The notes: generated by a model not told the origin, from the sequence alone. 64,000 bases of DNA from Nitrosopumilus sp. (GCA_965204345.1 OZ241981.1:704001-768000), one strand, 5' to 3'. Positions 9,563-19,186 are shown, counted from the first letter of the stretch. A program made the numbers and translations.

Positions 9563-9775
9563 ATGAAGAAAACCAGACTAAAAGAAGATCAGATCAGATA
9601 CATCATACGGCAGCGTCAGAAGGGCACATGTGCAACAGTTCTGGCTCGAACCATGCAGTCAGCGCAAGGCACGTCAGACGCATATGGGCAGCCTACCGCA
9701 AGATCGGAACAATACATCCCCCCCACAGAAATGCAGGAAGATCCAGAAAAACAATATCACCTGAGGTTACTCTAA
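9563..9775 (+). mobile_element. IS481-like transposase 5' remnant (frameshifted)
   Basis: RLKEDQIRYIIRQRQKG, then in shifted frames VSARHVRRIWAAYRKIG and AGRSRK, matching the archaeal IS481-type N-terminal HTH; no DDE core. Confidence 0.6.
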
Positions 9776-9798
9776 TGGTTTTTTGTAAATTTTGATGG

Positions 9799-10149
9799 TT
9801 ATTTCATGTTCTGATCATTCACTATGTGTTTAATCAGTTTGACAATATATGAAACCTGCATTGATTTTCCAATGCCTCCTTTTCTCTTGGGATACGGCTC
9901 TAATCGTCTGTTCTTGTTTACAAGTCGAGTTTCCTTTGAATAACGTTTTACGTTATCCCAGACACCATTAAATTCATAACGTGATATTCCTCGAATCTTT
10001 CCTTCATCTGTCATTATTTTCAACATTAATTCCCCTTTTTTATTAGATTCAAAATATGCCTTGAATCTCCGGTCATATGTTAAAGTCTTGAAATCTTTTG
10101 ATCGTGTTAACTCATCTTGTAATTTATGCCAAAATTCTTGAAAATCCAT
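9799..10149 (-). CDS. Hypothetical protein
   Basis: 116-aa intact ORF; no recognised motif. Confidence 0.6.
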   Translation of the reverse strand: MDFQEFWHKLQDELTRSKDFKTLTYDRRFKAYFESNKKGELMLKIMTDEGKIRGISRYEFNGVWDNVKRYSKETRLVNKNRRLEPYPKRKGGIGKSMQVSYIVKLIKHIVNDQNMK

Positions 10150-10558
10150 AATGAATTTGTAATTTTATCTTATTCAAACTTTTCGTGTATTTTACACTGT
10201 TCAATCTTAGTATCATTTGCTTGTTTTAAACAGACTGTTCAATTCGAGTGATGGGTGTTAAGTTAGGGTGATGACAGATTCAAAAAAATTCACACTTTTC
10301 AAAACTCTGGACATTTGCCCCTAGTATCCAATTCGGGACATGGAATCTAGCATAATTTAGAACGTTGACTTACATTCGAGGGCTGGTGTGTTAGTTAGAG
10401 AACTACATAAATTCCAGTATGTTCTCTCTAATTGTATGAATAATGCAACACAAAGAGGTCTGAAGTTAGTAGGAGGCCACAAACGAGAAGACGGTTCAGT
10501 ACAAGATATTATTGCACCAAATCACGACAGAACCTTTCGATGATCACTTAAAATAAAA

Positions 10559-11257
10559 TCACGAGATCAATTTCAACCAACAACTATCCTTGCCGTTTGA
10601 TAGCCAGCTAAACTCATGCAGTCTTAGAATATCATTAATCTCACGCCAGATGTGTTTATCGATCCAGCGTTTTGGTGTTATTTTTATGGAATCACCCTCA
10701 TTGACTATGGATACCTTCTTGATTCTCTTTCCCAGATTGTTTACAAAGTTCACTTTGATTCCAGCCTGTTTTATCAAATCCAGATATTTGTCTTGACCTA
10801 AATTCAAGTCAATATTTGCAGCTTGAGCAGGTGTCCTGCCATCTAATCCCTGATGGGGCTTTACAAAGTTATGATTGATTTTGAGCAGATCTGCAAAGTT
10901 TTGTACTGATTCGTCATTGCCCAGCCCACGTCTAGCCTTGAGTCTTTCTCTTATCTCATTATGATAACGCTCAATGGGTCGATTCACAAAACCATCCTTA
11001 ATTGATCTAGTTTTGATATGGGCTACTCTGTCTTGAAATTCTTTTCTTATTGCCTCTTGATATGAGTTTAAAGAGTCAGTTAACACATAGTTTGGGTTCT
11101 TGGCAACTACCTTCTTGCCGCTTGCAATAATCTTTCTTGCATCTGCAATCTCTCTTTTCTTTGAGACCACAGTAGCTATCAGAAATCGAGTCTTTGAATC
11201 AATTATGCTCCAAAGCCAATCATGGAACCCCTTTATAACATCGATCTCTAGCGACAT
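10559..11257 (-). pseudogene. IS6-family DDE transposase, 5'-truncated
   Basis: WLWSIIDSKTRF, VLTDSL.SY, NRPIERYHNEIRER, HNFVKPH..L.G.TPA; the N-terminal region and first catalytic Asp are missing. Confidence 0.85.
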
Positions 11258-11328
11258 TGTAATTTTGAGTTTTATAAGGCAAAGTATGACTCTACGTAAT
11301 TAAAATAAGGCTAAGGTAAAGCATACCT

Positions 11329-11541
11329 ATGCTTAATGCAATTTTAATTGGATTAGGGATTCTTTTTCTCATACTGTCAATAGCTGCATTGGGTGTTGGA
11401 TTAAGTCCTGATGAGGGTACTGGTGCCGCCGGGTCATTGGGTTATCTTATTGGAAGTTTGATTATTGCAGCTCCATTTTTCATACTTGGTTGTGTTCTTT
11501 TATCGGTAGGACTTCTAAGAAGGCCAAAATCAAAAGAATAG
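11329..11541 (+). CDS. Small two-TM membrane protein
   Basis: 70 aa, two hydrophobic helices and a basic C-terminal tail. Confidence 0.6.
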   Translation: MLNAILIGLGILFLILSIAALGVGLSPDEGTGAAGSLGYLIGSLIIAAPFFILGCVLLSVGLLRRPKSKE

Positions 11542-11575
11542 CATTTCTAATAGCGTGTTTCTTTTCTGTCTGAAT

Positions 11576-11653
11576 CTTTGTAAACTATTGCATTAGAATC
11601 AGAATCAAACTTTGTAAACTATTGCATTAGAATCAGAACCAAACTTTGTAAAC
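11576..11653. repeat. 34-bp tandem duplication (2.3 copies)
   Basis: CTTTGTAAACTATTGCATTAGAATCAGAA(T/C)CAAA at 11576 and 11610, partial at 11644. Confidence 0.85.
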
Positions 11654-11836
11654 AATCTGGGAAAGAGAATCAAGAAGGTATCCATAGTCAATGAGGGTGA
11701 TTCCATAAAAATAACGCCAAAACGCTGGATCGATAAACACATCTGGCGTGAGATTAATGATATTCTAAGACTGCATGAGTTTAGCTGGTTATCAAACGGC
11801 AAAGACAGCTGCTGGCTCAAGATGATTAACGTTTAA
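11641..11836 (+). pseudogene. Inverted second copy of the IS6 transposase C-terminus
   Basis: Encodes NFVNNLGKRIKKV...SCWLKMINV*, near-identical to the end of 10559-11257. Confidence 0.85.
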
Positions 11837-11951
11837 TTTTTTTTTTTTTTTTTTTTTTTTGAATCTGTCATCACCCTAACTTAACACCCATCACTCGAAT
11901 TGAACAGTCTGTTTAAAACAGGCAAATGATACTAAGATTGAACAGTGTAGT

Positions 11952-12878
11952 TTGGTAGTTGGATTTTTAAATACCTCATTTTGTAATCATTTATTGAATA
12001 AACTGGTAATTCTGCTATTATCCGTTATTGTTGTTCTTGGGGTTGATTCTGCACTAAAGGAAGTTAGTGCTAATGATTCAATCCTTCCTGAATGGCTTAA
12101 GAACGTGGCATTATACTGGGGTCAAGGTCAGATTACTGATCAGGAATATATCAATGGGATTCAATGGATGGTTGATAATGGAATTTTGAAATTAAATTCA
12201 GATTCGGGGAATATTATAACTAATGATAGTTTGAATACAGATTCAAGAAATACCTCAGATAATGATAGTTATAGTGTAAAATCTAGTTCTATTAAAACTG
12301 AGAAAAAAGATAACTTGAATCCTGAACTGAGATTAGCTTATGATAGTTGGTCTCCTGAAATTAAAGCCTATTTTGATGTATGGTATCTTAAATTTACTGG
12401 TTTTTGGGGTACTTATGAAGATTGGGTACATTTTGATAAATGGTTTCCTGAATTTATAGAGGATTATGAGAGTTGGTCTCCTGAGGCTCAAAAAGCATTT
12501 GAGAGACTACATGAATATGACAGAAAAGAGATTATATTAAATCCTGAACTTAGAGCAGGTTTTGCTAATTGGTCTCCTGAATTTATGAAGGAATTAAAAG
12601 CTCAATTCGCATTTACTACTAAAATTGAGAGTTGTGTTCCTACTGGGGATGGATTAGTTAAGGTTGGTTATTATGTATACAACGCTAATCGAGATTCGTA
12701 TAATTTAGATTATGATATTTTAGGAGTAGATAGTAACGGTAATACCGTAACATTCGGTTTTTTATCTATTGATAATATTGGTCGGAATGATGAAATTTAT
12801 GAAATTATAATGATTGATGATCATCCTATGTTTGATAGTTGTCAAATTGAATTAGTTAGTTTTGAAAAAATTGATTAA
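11952..12878 (+). CDS. Thaumarchaeal exported surface protein with WSPE repeats (paralog 1)
   Basis: Signal-like N-terminus, LPEWLKNVALYWGQGQITDQEY..GIQWM motif, repeated NPELR/WSPE. Confidence 0.75.
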   Translation: MVVGFLNTSFCNHLLNKLVILLLSVIVVLGVDSALKEVSANDSILPEWLKNVALYWGQGQITDQEYINGIQWMVDNGILKLNSDSGNIITNDSLNTDSRNTSDNDSYSVKSSSIKTEKKDNLNPELRLAYDSWSPEIKAYFDVWYLKFTGFWGTYEDWVHFDKWFPEFIEDYESWSPEAQKAFERLHEYDRKEIILNPELRAGFANWSPEFMKELKAQFAFTTKIESCVPTGDGLVKVGYYVYNANRDSYNLDYDILGVDSNGNTVTFGFLSIDNIGRNDEIYEIIMIDDHPMFDSCQIELVSFEKID

Positions 12879-12926
12879 GATTCAAAGTGATTTAGACGTT
12901 TTTTAGTGTAAAATCCTAGTTATTGG

Positions 12927-13946
12927 ATGGCTGGTTTTATTAATACCTCATTTTGTAAATCATTATTGAATAAAGTATTGTTTTTGGTATTATTTGCTAT
13001 TATGATGATAGGTGTTGAGCCTGCACTAAAGGAAGTTAGTGCTACTGAACAAGATTTACCAGCATGGTTAAAGCATATTGCTCAATTATGGGCTAATGAT
13101 GGAGTTACTAATAGTGAGTATATCGAGACTATTCAATGGCTTGTTGATAATAGGCATGTAATTGTTAACAATACTAACACCGATTCAGGTCAAGTAAACC
13201 CTGGAACGGATGGCAATACTAACACCGATTCAGGTCAAGTAAACCCTGGAACGGATGGCAATACTAACACCGATTCAGGTCAAGTAAACCCTGGAACGGA
13301 TGGCAATACTAACACCGATTCAGGATCAGGTATTACTAATGTTAATGTAGTTCCACAATACAAGCGTGTTAACTGGTCTCCAGAACTTGTATTAGCTTAT
13401 GAGAGTTGGAATCCTCTAATTAAAGTCGATTTTATTGAGTTTTATCCTAATATTGATATTGTTTTTGAAAATGAATTTGAAGTTCATCTCTTAGATTTTG
13501 ATAGTTGGTATCCTTCATTTAAAGAAGATTATGATAGTTGGTCTCCTGAGGCTCAAAAATCATTTGATGAAATAAGTCCATTTAATGAGGCTAAAAGAGA
13601 TCTTTATCTGAATCCTGAGTTAAGAACAGGTTTTACCAATTGGTCTCCTGAATTTTTTGAGGTATTTTTAATTCCTTATTATTTCAATATAGATATACGA
13701 GATTGTAGTGTTCTTTTAGATGATACTGTTAGAGTTGAGTATCGTGTAATTAATGATAATGATGATAACTATAATTTGGATTTTGATGTTTTAGGTGTTG
13801 ATACTGATGGTAATACTGTAACCGTTGGATTTTCGTCTGTTAAAGTTCTTAGAGATAGTCGTGTGTCAGAAGTTGTTATAATTGATGATCACCCTAATTT
13901 TGATAAGTGTGAGTTAGAACTGGTTCATTTTGAAAAATTTGGTTAA
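12927..13946 (+). CDS. Thaumarchaeal exported surface protein with WSPE repeats (paralog 2)
   Basis: Collinear with 11952-12878; contains an NTNTDSGQVNPGTDG x3 linker. Confidence 0.8.
   Translation: MAGFINTSFCKSLLNKVLFLVLFAIMMIGVEPALKEVSATEQDLPAWLKHIAQLWANDGVTNSEYIETIQWLVDNRHVIVNNTNTDSGQVNPGTDGNTNTDSGQVNPGTDGNTNTDSGQVNPGTDGNTNTDSGSGITNVNVVPQYKRVNWSPELVLAYESWNPLIKVDFIEFYPNIDIVFENEFEVHLLDFDSWYPSFKEDYDSWSPEAQKSFDEISPFNEAKRDLYLNPELRTGFTNWSPEFFEVFLIPYYFNIDIRDCSVLLDDTVRVEYRVINDNDDNYNLDFDVLGVDTDGNTVTVGFSSVKVLRDSRVSEVVIIDDHPNFDKCELELVHFEKFG
13170..13324 (+). repeat. Perfect in-frame 45-bp tandem repeat (~3.4 copies)
   Basis: AATACTAACACCGATTCAGGTCAAGTAAACCCTGGAACGGATGGC x3 plus a partial copy. Confidence 0.95.
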
Positions 13947-14059
13947 TATCCAAAAGTGATTTAGAAGTTTATGATCATAAATCTAGGATTTAGGACTTCA
14001 TGCAATATAGGAAGTTGGGGCTAATAGCTAGGTTATGGCAATGCAACTAGGGGGATAAA

Positions 14060-14198
14060 TCTTACTTCCTGGTGTTAATCCTAAGTCTTACTTCCTAGTC
14101 TTGCTGCTGCTGCTGCTGCTGCTGCTGGTCGTGTCTTACTTCCTGGTGTTAATCCCAAGTCTTACTTCCTGGTGTTAATCCTAAGTCTTACTTCCTGG
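14060..14198. repeat. 26-bp direct repeats interrupted by a (GCT)n microsatellite
   Basis: TCTTACTTCCTGGTGTTAATCC(T/C)AAG at 14060, 14134 and 14160; partial copies at 14086 and 14186; about 8 GCT units at 14103-14126. Confidence 0.9.
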
Positions 14199-14263
14199 CG
14201 TTAGAATTTGGACCTTTTTTCATAATACCGGATTTTTCTAAAAATAGGTTTTTGACCTTCCAT

Positions 14264-14426
14264 TTTACAAGAAGGCTCAAAAACGGTTTTGAGTGCAAAT
14301 ATCCTAAGTCAAAAATGGTATTTAGTTTTTGATATTTTGAGCCTAATCCAGTTCGGGCCAGAATATACTAAGAATTAGGTTTTGATACTTTCATTTACAA
14401 GAAGGCTCAAAAACGGTTTTGAGTGC
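14264..14426. repeat. 33-bp direct repeat pair, each copy with an internal inverted repeat
   Basis: TTTACAAGAAGGCTCAAAAACGGTTTTGAGTGC at 14264 and 14394 (CTCAAAA-ACGG-TTTTGAG). Confidence 0.9.
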
Positions 14427-14465
14427 TCATAACTTAACTATGATATTGATTATATCCTATGGTAA

Positions 14466-14564
14466 ATGCCTGAAAAATTAGAGTTTAAGAAGTGTCCTGC
14501 ATGTAAGAAGATCAATGTTAGTGATTTTCCAAGATGTGGATATTGTGGGATTTACGTATTTTAG
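14466..14564 (+). CDS. 32-aa CxxC...CxxC zinc-ribbon microprotein
   Basis: MPEKLEFKKCPACKKINVSDFPRCGYCGIYVF*. Confidence 0.5.
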   Translation: MPEKLEFKKCPACKKINVSDFPRCGYCGIYVF

Positions 14565-14599
14565 AGGTTATTAAGATTCCAATTGCATTTTTAATAATT

Positions 14600-15302
14600 C
14601 TAAGTTTGGCGACATATCCAGCCTATTCCACTGATTAAATCTTTTATTGGTTTGCCATGATTGTTTTCATTCTCAAATTCTTTAATGGTTATCATAAGTA
14701 ATGGTATGGCTTGTTTGAAAAAATAGAAGGGCAAAAAATAACGATATATCGAAATTAGGCAATCATAAGTAATGGTATGGCTTGTTTGAAAAAATAGTCT
14801 CTATTTTGAAATAATTTTTTACAATCTTCTGCAGCTTTCTCTATTGCAGGCTTTTGTATTTCCTCTTTGGATTGGCAAGCTTTACATTTACTGTCTGAAC
14901 AAGTGTCTTTAATTTCTCTCATGTGGTCAATAGATTTTTGAATTGAATTTTTTCATCTTTTAATTCTTGATTTTCTTTTGATAATTGATAATTCTGATTT
15001 TCTAAATTGGTGTTTTTTGTTTCCTGATGTTGGGAACCAGAGTTATCAAGATATTCTTTTTTCATTTGATGTAATGCACATTTACAATCTGGCTTGTTAT
15101 TTAGATGATTTATGATCTTATCATTATTTTCTTCACTGACAATATCTAAATTTAATAGATATTCAATTGGAGCTGTTACACCATTTAGAATGTCATTTAC
15201 TGCATTTTGTAAAAGTTCACTAACAGTAGTATGGTTTTCCTCAACAAATTTCTCTAATCTAAATATTAGTCTAGAAGAAGAAAATACAGAACTAAGAGAC
15301 AT
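14600..15302 (-). pseudogene. Hypothetical Cys-containing coiled-coil protein, disrupted
   Basis: The ORF ending at 14919 continues after a frameshift (IDHMREIKDTCSDSKCKAC...YFFKQAIPLLMI); a ~35-bp segment encoding YFFKQAIPLLM is duplicated (~14693 and ~14764). Confidence 0.45.
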
Positions 15303-15583
15303 GTTAAGTGGGATCAAAAAGCACAGACGTGACCTTGAGCCAACCATTATGGAGCAGTTGTTTTTATATATCTCAGAGAGGATAACCAAATATGAGTCCA
15401 GAACATGAAAAAATCACAGATGAACTCATCAAGAAATACTCTAAAATATTAGATGATCTTGCCACAGACGACTAGTTTGTAAAATCCCACATTTCATTTC
15501 CACACCGAAAGAATTGGCACATAATTTATTACCGCTATTACCCCATATGCAATCAAACCCCCTTGTTCCAAATTTTATAACAA

Positions 15584-16936
15584 TTACAATAAACTAAACC
15601 TATTATCCTCAGTGATTGCATGATTTTTAGATTTGTGTTCTCTGAGTTTTTCTTTGTATTTTTTATTTCTGGGTTTTTGTCTTACTCTATAATTACAACA
15701 GTTGCAAAACCAGCCGCTAGAACCCGGCTTTGCAGAAGAACCATCTTTAAGATGAACATGGTTATGATCAAGCCAAACATCACATCGTTGACACCTTCCC
15801 TGTCCTTGCGCGTATCTTCCTCTGCCTGTAGGCTTTGTAACTTTGAATTTTTTACATAATCCATTACAAATTCTTTTATCTGTTGGCGTATCTTTATGAT
15901 CAGGCTGTCTGCCTTTTTTTGGTTCTCTAAGAACATCATGAACAGTCTGGTTGTTTGGATTCAGACTGTGAACAGTATTTCCAATGTGTGTGTCCTTAAA
16001 ATCATCGTTATGACTTGATTTTATCTTACTGTCTTGCAATGCTAGGCTTTTCTCATTTACCATTATTTTTTCCATGTTGCATGTATTGCACACCAGCTTC
16101 AAGTCCCAAATATCGTCTTGCTCAACATTCTCAAATGGCAGGGCATGCTCCACATGCGTGTTTTTTCCATCAGATAGCTGCTTTTTGCAGTAAAAGCATT
16201 TATTAAAAAATGGATCCAGTAGATGCTTGTATTTTGTAATGATTCCCCTTGCTCTAATCTTATCTTCCGTCCTTGAAAATGTTTTAGGGATCTTGACATT
16301 AACCCTTTGAAGAAATCTTGCCCATTCCAAAATGGTTATTTTCAGATAGATTTTATTGTACTGTCTAAGAAATTTTATGGCTTGCGGATTCAAGTCCAAG
16401 CCATATTCCAAATCAACATATTTGCTGTTGTGATTATTGGTTTTTTTTATCTTGTAATCAAAAAACAGTTTGACCTCTGTAGGACTGTCCACTTTGATTC
16501 GCTGAAACCTCCAGACTACATGGTGAAAGCACGACTTTGTGATTTCATCTACGCATCTCTGAATTCTCGCTGGTTCTTTTTCACATATCTCATCAAATGT
16601 TTGGGCATAGTATTTCTTTACAAACTCTTTTTCTATTATTTTTACAATTAAGGGCTTTTGGTCAGCATTAATGGAATGCTGCATTTCCAGCTTGCATACC
16701 TGATTCCAGTAATATTTCAAAAAATACCTTGCAATGACTGGAAAATCGACATGTGTTTTGTCGTTGTAATGGCTATATTCCAGCAAAAACCGTGCTAGGG
16801 CAAGCTTGTAGGTATTGTTTTTTGCGGTGTTGCCAATTATATTGGATAGTGCAAATTCAAATTCCTCGTCAGTGATAATGTCAAATCCGGATATGTCAGT
16901 CATGATCCTCCAATTCTCCGGCAATAGGCCTATCAT
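15584..16936 (-). CDS. HNH endonuclease-family protein with a C-terminal thaumarchaeal Zn-binding domain
   Basis: NNTYKLALARFL N-terminal motif; CFYC...HVEHALP...CNTCN HNH; C-terminal CNGLC...GRY..GQ.RCQ.C...CNCC..RVR.KPR. Confidence 0.8.
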   Translation of the reverse strand: MIGLLPENWRIMTDISGFDIITDEEFEFALSNIIGNTAKNNTYKLALARFLLEYSHYNDKTHVDFPVIARYFLKYYWNQVCKLEMQHSINADQKPLIVKIIEKEFVKKYYAQTFDEICEKEPARIQRCVDEITKSCFHHVVWRFQRIKVDSPTEVKLFFDYKIKKTNNHNSKYVDLEYGLDLNPQAIKFLRQYNKIYLKITILEWARFLQRVNVKIPKTFSRTEDKIRARGIITKYKHLLDPFFNKCFYCKKQLSDGKNTHVEHALPFENVEQDDIWDLKLVCNTCNMEKIMVNEKSLALQDSKIKSSHNDDFKDTHIGNTVHSLNPNNQTVHDVLREPKKGRQPDHKDTPTDKRICNGLCKKFKVTKPTGRGRYAQGQGRCQRCDVWLDHNHVHLKDGSSAKPGSSGWFCNCCNYRVRQKPRNKKYKEKLREHKSKNHAITEDNRFSLL

Positions 16937-17317
16937 CAGTCATATGTTATTGCTTTAATGACATTCAATATAAAATTAAATTATTTCGTGCTAAATTTTG
17001 TTTAACTCACAGTTGTAGATATGCCTTATCGAATCATATTTTGATGGAATCATCAAAGCCAGTTTGTCTGTTTACGATCAGATGCCCAGTAATTTTTTCA
17101 TATGGAATTTGCGTTATTGCAGCATCCGTATATTTTTCTGAAGATGCGGCTCTGGACGTTTTAGACCTTCGCCTTTTGGATAAAAATGAATAACAATTTT
17201 CCATCAGTTTTTTTGATATGATACGGCCATTCACAAATTTATCTCTCATAAAAATTAAAAAAAGCGATTCTAGGTAATCTTCGAACGCTGAAATACAGTT
17301 CTCATGCAAATTGAGAT

Positions 17318-17331
17318 TTTATGCCCATAAT
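17318..17331. repeat. 14-bp direct repeat at the left border of the RM cassette
   Basis: TTTATGCCCATAAT, identical at 19187-19200. Confidence 0.6.
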
Positions 17332-17341
17332 ACAATTGATT

Positions 17342-17620
17342 CTATACTTCAATTATCAATTCATTATTTTTGATTTGAATTGTAACAAGTTCAAATGGTT
17401 TAAACTGCTTCATAGCTCTTTTCCCTACTGAAATTTTACGCTTTCCTATCTTCCTATTTTTTGAAATATACATTCCTATTTTCACTGTAAAGTTTTCAGG
17501 CAGTTGTGAATAAAAATCCCTTTTTTCATGCTGTCCAACACTTATCATATTCCATGTGATTTCAGCTTGAGTTATTCTGTGTTGTATGCTTTTTAAAATA
17601 AAACACCTCAAGAATTGCAT
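17342..17620 (-). CDS. Small basic beta-rich hypothetical protein, last gene of the RM operon
   Basis: 92 aa, overlaps the endonuclease stop; exact start uncertain. Confidence 0.55.
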   Translation of the reverse strand: MQFLRCFILKSIQHRITQAEITWNMISVGQHEKRDFYSQLPENFTVKIGMYISKNRKIGKRKISVGKRAMKQFKPFELVTIQIKNNELIIEV

Positions 17621-18159
17621 AGTATGGGTAATTCGTTAAGATCTTTGTAACTTGCGTTATATTCTGATTTAAGACCTATTTTCAAAGAGAAGAGATCACT
17701 TATTCTCCATTTCTTGAATATGTATGAGTTGGGATTGTTTGGAGATGGTTTTAAGAACAGTTGGATTAACAAGTGATACCCATCAGCACTTATTTTATTG
17801 CCATTGGTATAATAAAAAACTCTTTGAGTAGATTTAAAATTATCATCCTTTGAAGATGTTTTTATCTCAATAAACACTATATCGTTTTGTATTTTTAATC
17901 TTAAATCTGGATAACCTACATGTTGACTGTATGGCAATAATTCAACATCCTTGTGATTTTTGATTATATCTTTGATTTCTTGCTCTAATGCTCTGCCTAA
18001 GTCATTAATACGCTTATCTTCATACCTAGTGTATTTAGACTTACTAAGAATAGTATTAAGACCTTGAGAAAGTATTTCCAAAATAGGATGATTCTTTTTT
18101 ATCTCCACTACAGATTTGCCACATGATGTACTTACCAATTCTGAAAATATCATTGACAC
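17608..18159 (-). CDS. PD-(D/E)xK type II restriction endonuclease-like protein
   Basis: GRALE...GYPDL...FIEIKT motif; start overlaps the MTase stop. Confidence 0.8.
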   Translation of the reverse strand: MSMIFSELVSTSCGKSVVEIKKNHPILEILSQGLNTILSKSKYTRYEDKRINDLGRALEQEIKDIIKNHKDVELLPYSQHVGYPDLRLKIQNDIVFIEIKTSSKDDNFKSTQRVFYYTNGNKISADGYHLLIQLFLKPSPNNPNSYIFKKWRISDLFSLKIGLKSEYNASYKDLNELPILCNS

Positions 18160-18940
18160 AATAAAACCTCATTTTTTAATCTTTGATTTGCAATGCGGAC
18201 ATATTCTTTATCAATTTCTGTTCCAACACAATTCACACCCAATCTTTTACAGGCCAATGCAGTCGAACCAATTCCCATAAATGGGTCATACACAAGCATA
18301 TTTTTTGAGATGCCGTGTAACATGATGCACATTTGGGGCAGTTTTGTTGGAAATTCGCATGGATGTTTTATATTTCCGTTTTTGGTCTCATAAGGAATAA
18401 ACCAAACATTGCCTCTGTCACGTTTTGTATTCCCATGCTTCCATCTTGTCAGGTTTGTCTTGTCTGCATATGGAACACCCACAGAAAGTTTGTCCAGCTT
18501 CACGCTGCCTTTTTTTGTAAAATGAAAGACATACTCATGGCATTGATTCACAAAACGAGGCGTGTTTATAGGTTTGAAATGACCTGCTACAAAGTCAGAT
18601 TCAGGGATCGATATGGACTTTATCCAATGAATGACATTTTGTGTCTCAAAAATTTCGGATAGGGCATGGTGAACGTCAAAAGGTATGTTAGGATTTTTTG
18701 CAGTATAGCCAATATTGAGAAAGAATGAACCGTCAACATCAAGTAAATTGTAGATCCCCCCCCCCATATTTTCACCCATTCTAGGTATTCGTCATAACCT
18801 AGATTGTCAGAATAGCTATTGTATTTTTTTCCTAGATTGTATGGGGGTGAGGTAACAACAACATCAAGTTTTTTACCAGAATAATTTTTCATAAAATTTA
18901 AACAATCATCATGAGTGATTTGCTGTGTGGGTCGTGTCAA
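18150..18940 (-). pseudogene. Beta-class N4-C/N6-A DNA methyltransferase split by a frameshift in a G10 tract
   Basis: 5' frame has DC...VVTSPPYN (motif IV); 3' frame has GNVW, HPCEFP and DPFMGIGST (motif I); the frames switch at C10 (+ strand 18756-18765). Confidence 0.88.
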
Positions 18941-18944
18941 TTTA

Positions 18945-19154
18945 TCATCCAATTTGTTTTTTAATAATTTGTAATCTTTGAACAATAGATTTGTGTTGTT
19001 TGGTAAGTTCTTCTCTTTCACAGTGTAAAATTTTTTTATCTATTTTAGGATTTGATGTAAGACCACAATAAACCTCTTTTCTTTGTCTATCTTCATAATA
19101 TACATAATAAACATATTTTTTATTTCCACGTTGACGTATAATTTTAGAACCCAT
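18945..19154 (-). CDS. Small basic protein resembling the SSV1 ORF D-335/integrase N-terminal DNA-binding domain
   Basis: [16 protein letters not shown]...RKEVYCG followed by a helix; first gene of the RM operon. Confidence 0.55.
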   Translation of the reverse strand: MGSKIIRQRGNKKYVYYVYYEDRQRKEVYCGLTSNPKIDKKILHCEREELTKQHKSIVQRLQIIKKQIG

Positions 19155-19186
19155 TAATGTAAAGAAATTATATCACTATATTAACA

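Larger units (their letters stand above)
10193..11949. mobile_element. Composite IS6-like structure bounded by ~96-bp inverted repeats
   Basis: 10193-10288 is the reverse complement of 11854-11949 (1 mismatch); both contain ACTGTTCAA motifs resembling IS6/IS26 ends; transposase 3' ends lie in opposite orientation inside. Confidence 0.75.

Noticed and set aside
13170-13324. Possible CRISPR array
   Set aside because: In-frame coding tandem repeat with no spacers
14060-14198. Possible CRISPR array
   Set aside because: Repeats are mostly contiguous without unique spacers; no cas genes in the window
15392-15475. Short + strand frame (MSPEHEKITDELIKKYSKILDDLATDD) reminiscent of a Fic/Doc-associated C-terminus
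   Set aside because: Too short, and no HPF..GN.R motif nearby
17034-17309. 91-aa minus-strand ORF
   Set aside because: TTG start, no recognisable motif, outside the repeat-bounded cassette; cannot be supported
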